NCBI RefSeq assembly: GCF_009914755.1
Contig: NC_060930.1
Origin: the human T2T-CHM13v2.0 reference genome, Homo sapiens
Direction: 5' to 3' (one strand)
Length of the DNA stretch: 64,000 nt
Shown: one piece after another, positions 55,240-64,000 of the stretch
Layout: every line of letters begins with the position of its first letter
How positions within the stretch are numbered: position 1 is the first letter of the stretch
Notes under the pieces: generated by a model
What the model was told of the DNA's origin: nothing
Databases searched by the model: none
The model's input: the letters and a program-made list of their open reading frames with translations, nothing else
Program-made: the position numbers and the translations under genes

Positions 55240-57650
55240 TTTGTCTTATTTTCCACAAGTATTGATATATAGCATTTTCTACAAAATTCAATTCTAAGTA
55301 TTTTAATTTTTATTATGTTCATCTCTGATCCACTGGTTACCAAAGATATGTATTTTAAAATTTCCAACTTTATAAAGCTAATTTATTCTTTGTTAAATAA
55401 GGTTTCTAACTTAATTATGTTAAAATCAAAGAACTTGGTCTATATAACAGCAATTCTTCAAAATTAATTTAGTCTTGAGATAATGTAGTGCATTCTACTT
55501 TCTTGTATTGCAATCTAGCACATGTTCAGATTTTGAAAATGTCGAAGCATTCTTAAAGTTTCTTTCTGTGTTTTGATGTCCACTAAACCAAATTTGTTAG
55601 CTTTGTTACTCACATTTTCTAAATCTTTACTAAACATTGCTTTCTTGCCCTTGCAACAGAGAAATAACTGTTAAAATTTTTCATTATGAAAATTCTGTTT
55701 CTCCTTGTAGTTCTATTAATAATAATTTGTGCATCACCTATTAATTTTTACATCATACATTTTGAGGCTCTTTTATTGGTGCATGGAAGTTTACAACTGT
55801 AATATATGGAGATCTTTTACATTATACAAGTACTCTTTTTATCCTTAAAAGTGCTTTCTTAAAAATTCAAGTAAATTTTAATTTTAACATGATATTAAAG
55901 TCACCCATATTAACAGCCACCCCAGATTTATTTGACTAGTATTTGCTTCGTATATCTTTTTCCATTCTTCTATTTTCAGACTCCAAGTGTTTTATGATTC
56001 AGGTGTGCCTCTTCTTTATAACTTGTGACCTACTTTTTAAAATCCAGAGCGCAACTGCTGTTTTTAGATGGATATATTTAGTACATTTATATTCATTGTG
56101 AACACAAATATATTTAGACTTACATTACTATTTAATTTTGTGTTTTTATTTGTCATACATTTTCTCCGCTGTTTCTCTCTTTCCCTTCCTTGCCTTTTCT
56201 TCCCTTCTTTTGTAGTAATTTTTTTCCCTTCTGCCATTTCTCCCCTTCCCTATTTTATACATCATAAATGCATTTCTATATTTCTAGTATCTATTCTTGA
56301 AATTTTATAATACATATTACTCTCAGTATAATTTTAATTTTTTTGTAAATAATTTTTCTCTTATCTAGTTTTTTCAAAGATATATAAAATATATTCAATA
56401 GCTTCGCTATGATGTGTCTAGGTCTAATTTGTTTAATGTTTAATTAGGAACAATTCTATATATATATACACATTTAGAAAAGTAGCAGAATGAACACTTA
56501 TGAATTATAAATATTCCCAAATTTGCCAATTACCAACTAATAGCCAATCTGCTTCACCTACATACTCCTCCCTTTCTTCAGATTATTTTGAAATGAATGC
56601 AAGATATCATATAATTTAATTTGCAAGTTATCAATACAGCATATTTTTTAAATAAAAGCTATCATATCCTTAACACACATAAAATTATAGAAATGATTTA
56701 ATGTTGTCAAATATTTGGTCAATTTAGAAGTCCCTGGTTGTTTATCTGTCTTACATACACACACACACTCACACCGATGCATGCACATAAACACACACAC
56801 ACGCACACGAGCGCGCGCACACGCACACACACACACACACATATTCCTTGATCAAATCCAAATCCAAATGAAGTCCATATATTATATATTAAAACCAGAT
56901 AATATGTGTCTTAAGCCTCAACTTCCTAAACTATTTTCTTTGAGACATAGTCACAGGTAGATTTAAAAATTAGAACTGAATGCAGTCATCTTCTTTGTTA
57001 TTCTTATTTAAAGGTAATTCACACTTTTCCCAGTAAATATTATGCTTGTTACTTTTCAATAGGTATTCTCTATTAAGTTAATAGTGTTTCCTTCTATTTC
57101 TTATTTGCAATTAATTATTTTATTTAAAAACCATGAATTGTATTGAATTTTGTATCACATTTTATTGCATCTCTCTTTTCTATTATTGAGATAAACATGG
57201 GTATTGCTTTTATATCTGCTGATACATTTAATTACATTAATAGATTTTAAAAATACAAACATAGCTAGCTGAGTTGCTGAGTGTGTGTGTCTGTGTGTGT
57301 GTGTGTTGGTCTTGTTCTTTAATTTCTCTGAGTCTTTTTCTATTGGCTATTGTTTGTTCTCTTTCATTTTGTCTTATTTCCTTCTGTGCCTCATTAGGTT
57401 TCATTTTATGTTAAACTTTAAAAAATAATTTGTACAAACAATTTCATTCTAATCTTATGTTATTTTTCTCCAGGCAGGATTTTCCTTTGCTTCTGTCAGT
57501 TATTGTGGGCATTAGCAATCTGGAACCACCATAATCTAATCTCAGGACTTGAGCTTATCTGGTCCACCCAGTTGACTCAAAGCTGAACTGTGTCTAGGTG
57601 AAGTTGGCTAGCTTCCAATTCATTTTTAACTCTTGTTGGGTTGGAGCCCT
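55240..57650 (-). mobile_element. Mosaic of old L1M/L1ME/L1MC fragments
   Basis: tacattttgaggctcttttattggtgca, gactagtatttgcttcgtatatcttttttccattc, gattattttgaaatgaat, tttaattacattaatagatttt. Confidence 0.6.
56755..56842. repeat. (CA)n with (CG)n core
   Basis: acacacacacacgcacacgagcgcgcgcacacgcacacacac. Confidence 0.92.
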
Positions 57651-57854
57651 GCATTTAAAAATTAATTTCTGAATTTCCTATTATAAATGTTGATTTTTAA
57701 AGTTTCCTTTAGAAGCAATGACACTCATGAATTATACTGTTTATTTTAATTTTTGACATTTTGTATATGTAATACTTTTCTTTCCTTATACAATATAAAT
57801 TTTGGTCTCAGGAGCAAACGGAAAACTCATATTGAAATGTTTTAATTGTAAATA

Positions 57855-59371
<1,517 letters not shown>

Positions 59372-59599
59372 TAGTTTGGATATGTCTGTATATTATCAAT
59401 TAGGAAAGCCTTATATCCCCAATAGTGTCAAAAATAATATGGATAAAGAAAACAAAACTGTTTAAAGTCATATAAAAAGGTAAGCTTTAGCAGCTTAAAC
59501 CCTTTCATAGTAATGGATGTTGCAAAGTTCTCTGTTGATAGATGTCATTGTGGAGATGTTTATGGAACTACTTGTATCTAGTAAAAGTTACCAAAAACC

Positions 59600-61050
59600 A
59601 TGTTTTGTTAAACTTTTATATTTACATACAGAGCCCCTTGCATCTTCCATTATATTTTTCATAGAGAAGTATTGTTATAATTGTATTCAACATTATATTT
59701 TGTGATATTTAAAGCCATCACACATTGATGTTAATAGTTAAATGACATCTACTACCCTTTGTACTGCTGTCTTTCCTCCTTATTGCTGCTACATGCAGCA
59801 CTTTCTCCCAGATTTTTTTTCTCTTGCAAAGATTGTCTTTTCTGTGAGTATTTTTAGATGGTAAACTAACATTTTTTTGGACTGAGATTGTATGTAGGCG
59901 GGTATAGATTATTAACTTGACAGTTGCTTTCCTTCAGCACTTTAAGATACTATTTCAAAGTCTTCAGCCATCTTCAATTGCTTATTAGAAAAAAGTCTGA
60001 ATGTCAGTATAACTGTCCTCGTTTTTTTTTCTAGTAGCCCATGAGATTATCTTTTTTATGCTCTTCTGTAATTTCAATGCTGTGTGTCTTGATATAAAAT
60101 CATGGTTTGATTTTGTTTGACTATGTGTGTATGCGTTAATTAATGCCAGAAAATTCTTGCTTTCTTTTTTTTTTTTGGTGGGGGGTGTACTTCTTCGATT
60201 GAATTTTTTTCTGTTCTCACTTCCTGGAGGATCACAGTCAATTATTCACATTTACTAAGTTATTTTTCTATATTTCATCTCTTTTCCTTTAGTGTTATAC
60301 TAATCTCCCTAAACCCTAATTTCGTTTTCCACTATTCTAGTTTACTCTTTAAGCCATCTTTTACTTTTTACTTAGATAAAAATGTATAATTCTATTTTTA
60401 GAGTTTTAAGATTGATTTTTATTCTACCATAAATATTCTGCTTTTAAAATACCTTTCTTCTACTCTAGTACATCAGAAATTAAATGTGCTGTACTTTTTA
60501 GATCTGTGGACTGTTTTCCTTGTTGTTGAATTTCCTAATGTGCTGTGCAATTTCTGTTTGTGAATTAATCTCCAGAGTTTTCTTCTGTTGCATGCCTTAT
60601 TGTGGAAACATGCTCCTAAGAGGACCCTTTGGAGTTCCAAAAAAGTTTTATATTAGTTTATTTATTTGGGATTTGCATACTTTGGGGTAAATTCAAATTT
60701 GGATTCAATTTCTTGATAATTATTTAGGCCCAGGCTTAAGATATTTTATAAATATTGTTTTCTATTTATGGCAGTGCTTTCCAGTTCTCCTGCATGAATG
60801 AGTTGTAGTTCCCTGCCTCATACTGGACTTCAAGCTTCAATGCTTATCTCTGCTCTAGTATTAAAACATCAAAGCATGTATTAAATCCAGGTACCCCATG
60901 GGCACATAGCATCATGTCTATTTTGCCATTACTGGTTTCCTCTTTATTTCTGGCTTCTGGTAATGCTTTTTTCTTGGCCGAGCTCTAGACTACCAATAGT
61001 CTTAAATGTTTAATTTTCATTTGCTCCTTTGTTTATATTCTCATTTATAG
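59600..61050 (-). mobile_element. Old L1M ORF1/5' remnant
   Basis: gggtatagattattaacttgacagttgctttccttcagcactttaagatactatt. Confidence 0.5.
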
Positions 61051-61139
61051 CAGCAGTTGGTGTGTAGATGGGCAGAATTCCCATATTTTGTAATGAACAG
61101 AATTACTTATCTATTTTTCATTTACTTTTAAAAAAATAT

Positions 61140-61560
61140 GTTCTGTGATAAGCTCTCAGATTAAAGAAACAATCCCTGATCTTCAACTTACTCTAATGGA
61201 CAAGACAACCTAAATAATTGCAAGAATACAATGTGGTAGGTACTATGACAGGGGCTGGAAAGGTTTCTACATAGCAGAGCCTCCTGGGTCAAGCTGAGGA
61301 GTGTAACAGAAAAGATTTTCTAACAAGTAAGTTTTTTGAATTGAGGATAGTGATGTTTTCCCAGGGAATGGAGAGCTATGAGAAGGTTTAAGTCAGAAAA
61401 TGATAGGTTACATTTTGGATATGCTGCACTTTAGGCCGTGGTAGGATATTTAAGTGGAAATGATGGTAGGTTTGAGCTTGGGAGAGCAGATTACAGGATC
61501 ATCTCTCTGTGGCAGTTGTACCTTTGGAGTGTGAGGTAAGTAGGAAAGAGAAAAAGAATG
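61140..61560 (-). mobile_element. L2 fragment
   Basis: aatccctgatcttcaacttactctaatgg, aatacaatgtggtaggtactatga, gagctatgagaaggttt. Confidence 0.55.
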
Positions 61561-63562
61561 ATCCAGACAGAGTGCAGAGTGGTAGTGATGAATGAGATTT
61601 TCCCAGTGTCTTTGAGTATAGCTGGAGGGAACCTGCAGACTGTGGAGAAAATGGATACAAAACAAAAGAAAATGTGCATTCTGTATTTGGATCTCGTCTA
61701 ATGTTTTTGAACCATGTGAATAATAAATTAAATTTCTATAATTTAGATTTGTTCAAATCTAAATTGAGTATAGCATTCTTGGTACAAAGCTATATAGGGC
61801 TCTGACTCGAAAGAGTTATTTTGAGAGACATATATTTGAGAGGACTTATCTGGAATCAGATAAGCATATTTTCATATGATTGCCTGTATATGGGAACAAT
61901 GAAGCAAAGGGAAAAAGATTATTTAAACTTGATCCGTGATGGCCACTAAAATGTGTATGCTGATTTAAAGAGACACTGTGAAAATGATTTCAGGCCAGAA
62001 AATTGTCAGTTCTAAGAAAATGCAGTGCTCTGGATGGGATGTACTATCAAAAGGGTCAAATCTATGCAACAATTGTGTAAGTTAACTAAATCGAATAAGA
62101 CTAAAATATTTCCCTCGAATGTAACAAGCTGAAAATTAATTTAGTCCTTCCTGCATTCAGGCAACTGCAGGATTCCTTGACATACTGAAGTCATTTTTGC
62201 ACACAGAAAGGGAAGTCTAGTTCGCTTGGATGGATTTTAGAGTTTCACTCAGATTTACAGGCCGATGCCAACCCTAGAGATTTAGCTTTGTTGTGGGACA
62301 CAAAACAAATGTGGCTTAGTCACCAGAACATATTAATTCCTACAAAAATTCTGGTATATTTTCAGAAAGTACTGTGCCAAATTCTAGATATAAGGCCTTT
62401 AATGGGGCTTAGGGAATGACACATTAATAGTGTAAAAATGGACAGTTTCAGGTATAGAGAAATATCCATATTTGTATATGAAGAAAGTACCTGCTCACAA
62501 AGTTGTTATTGGAATCAGTGGCAAAAAAAGTAGACACTAGAGTGAATATATGGCAGGGTAGTCAGTGGAAATTGGGTAGTAAATCTCTTACTACAGTGTC
62601 CAAGGGCCCATGCACTGTTTCAACAGGCCATCTGCTGAGCGGCAGGAGAGGGAAACTTGGGGGCTCATAAACAGCTCAGTAAAAGCTGTCTAGACACTTT
62701 TCAGTCAACAGTAAATAAGCACTGACTACATTAATAGCACTAGGAGGTCCTCCAACTCTTATTGTTGTTGAAGGTTACCAGGTCTTAATAAAAGTAGGTG
62801 GTGTAATCAGCGTTCTGTTAATAGAATCCGTTCTTAAAGTTTAGACCTGAGATGGACTTAGGAATCTGCAATTAACTCAATTGCCACTTGAATGAAAACT
62901 CCAGGTAAGTAACAGGGCAGTCTTGTTTGGAGGAAAGCCAGTTTGGGTAGTTAGCTGGAGACTACACCCGGACTTTTGCTTCTAGCATTGCAGGGTGGTA
63001 ACAAAAAGTATCTTTATCACAGAGAGTAAGGGGTGAGTAAGGAGAGAGAGATGATCCAGTGCTTTACTACGATGTGATGAAGGTGTTAGTGACTCACTGA
63101 CACCATAGAAGCCTTGTCTTGGGCAGGAGAAAGGGGATATTATTGAGTGGGGTGTTGGCACTAAAAACAACATCTTGGCTTCCAAGGAAATTTTTCCATT
63201 TTCCCATATGCCAAAGAGGGTTTTATCTGATTACTCAGCTTCTTCTTTCCCTTCCTTCTCAGCACTGAATATGGTAATGTTTGCTACTCTAGATTCTTTC
63301 TTTGATTTTTTGATGCTGTAAATTGAAATAAAATGGAGAAAAGGATCTATGACTCTAAAAAGTAGATGAAACCAAGAGTGACTTAAGATAAGAGGTTAAA
63401 TTGATATACACAATGAAATACAGAGAAGGTGCAAAGTCATTAGGAGGAGGAGAGAAAGAGAGACTGGGGGAAACTTAGGAGATGTTTTTTACAAAGAATA
63501 CGTTAGTGGAGTAACTACAGAGACCACGAGAAATAGTTGGGACAGGATAGAAAATACATACA

Positions 63563-64000
63563 AGTGGCTGATCATATTTTCCAAAGATGGCTGCAACTTC
63601 TTGCATCCCACATGCTCTTCTGCAATATGACCTTGGCATTACCCTCATCAAGAGGGGGAGCCACATGTCTAATCTTCTGGGATCTGGACAGGGTCTTGTT
63701 GCTGTCTGACCAAGAGTACGATACAAAGGATGTCATGTGACTTTTGAGGCTACATCAGAAAAGGCTAAGTGGCTTCCACCTATTACTCTGGGGACATTGT
63801 TCAGAGTCCAGCTGCTCCCTCTCAGAACCCAGCTGCCATGCTCTGAGAAGCCCAACCACACAGGAAAGCAGTAATTTTTTGCCCAGTAGGAAATCTCAGC
63901 TAGGCCTAGTCTTTGAGTCATTTTAATGAAGGCATTAGATATGAGAAGCTTCCAGGTTATTCTAGCCCAAAGCCAACTGGGCATCAAGTCATTGTGGAGC
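63563..64000 (+). mobile_element. MLT1H-like LTR (runs off the window end)
   Basis: attttccaaagatggctgcaac...catcccacatgctcttctgcaatatgaccttg...gctgccatgctctgagaagccc. Confidence 0.85.

Overview
AT-rich primate (most likely human) genomic DNA. The only protein-coding sequence I can support is the terminal coding exon of CLVS2 (clavesin-2) on the + strand. It has a splice acceptor at 3912-3913, encodes (R)SQSVVDPTVLKRMDKNEEENMQPLLSLD* at 3914-4001, and ends in the clathrin box LLSLD. A ~9.2 kb 3'UTR follows, almost free of young transposons, with the likely distal poly(A) signal at 13139. The other ~50 kb is intergenic and packed with repeats (Alu, L1, L2, MIR, MaLR, ERVL and ERV9 LTRs, Tigger and hAT elements), many nested with readable target-site duplications (TSDs). 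All tracked ORFs are repeat-derived or chance. I see no new multi-gene system. The best leads are small-scale: a perfect 26-bp palindrome inside a candidate structured domain of the 3'UTR; a cryptic acceptor just upstream of the distal poly(A) site that could replace the clathrin box; a TA-flanked 60-bp hairpin I cannot assign to a family, followed by derived 23-bp repeats; an L1 with both a 5' inversion and a short putative 3' transduction; an internally deleted or spliced L1PA15/16; a CpG-retaining AluSx; and LTR promoter candidates (THE1A/DUX4, LTR12F/NF-Y). Repeat subfamily calls come from remembered consensus sequences, and boundaries of old elements are approximate.
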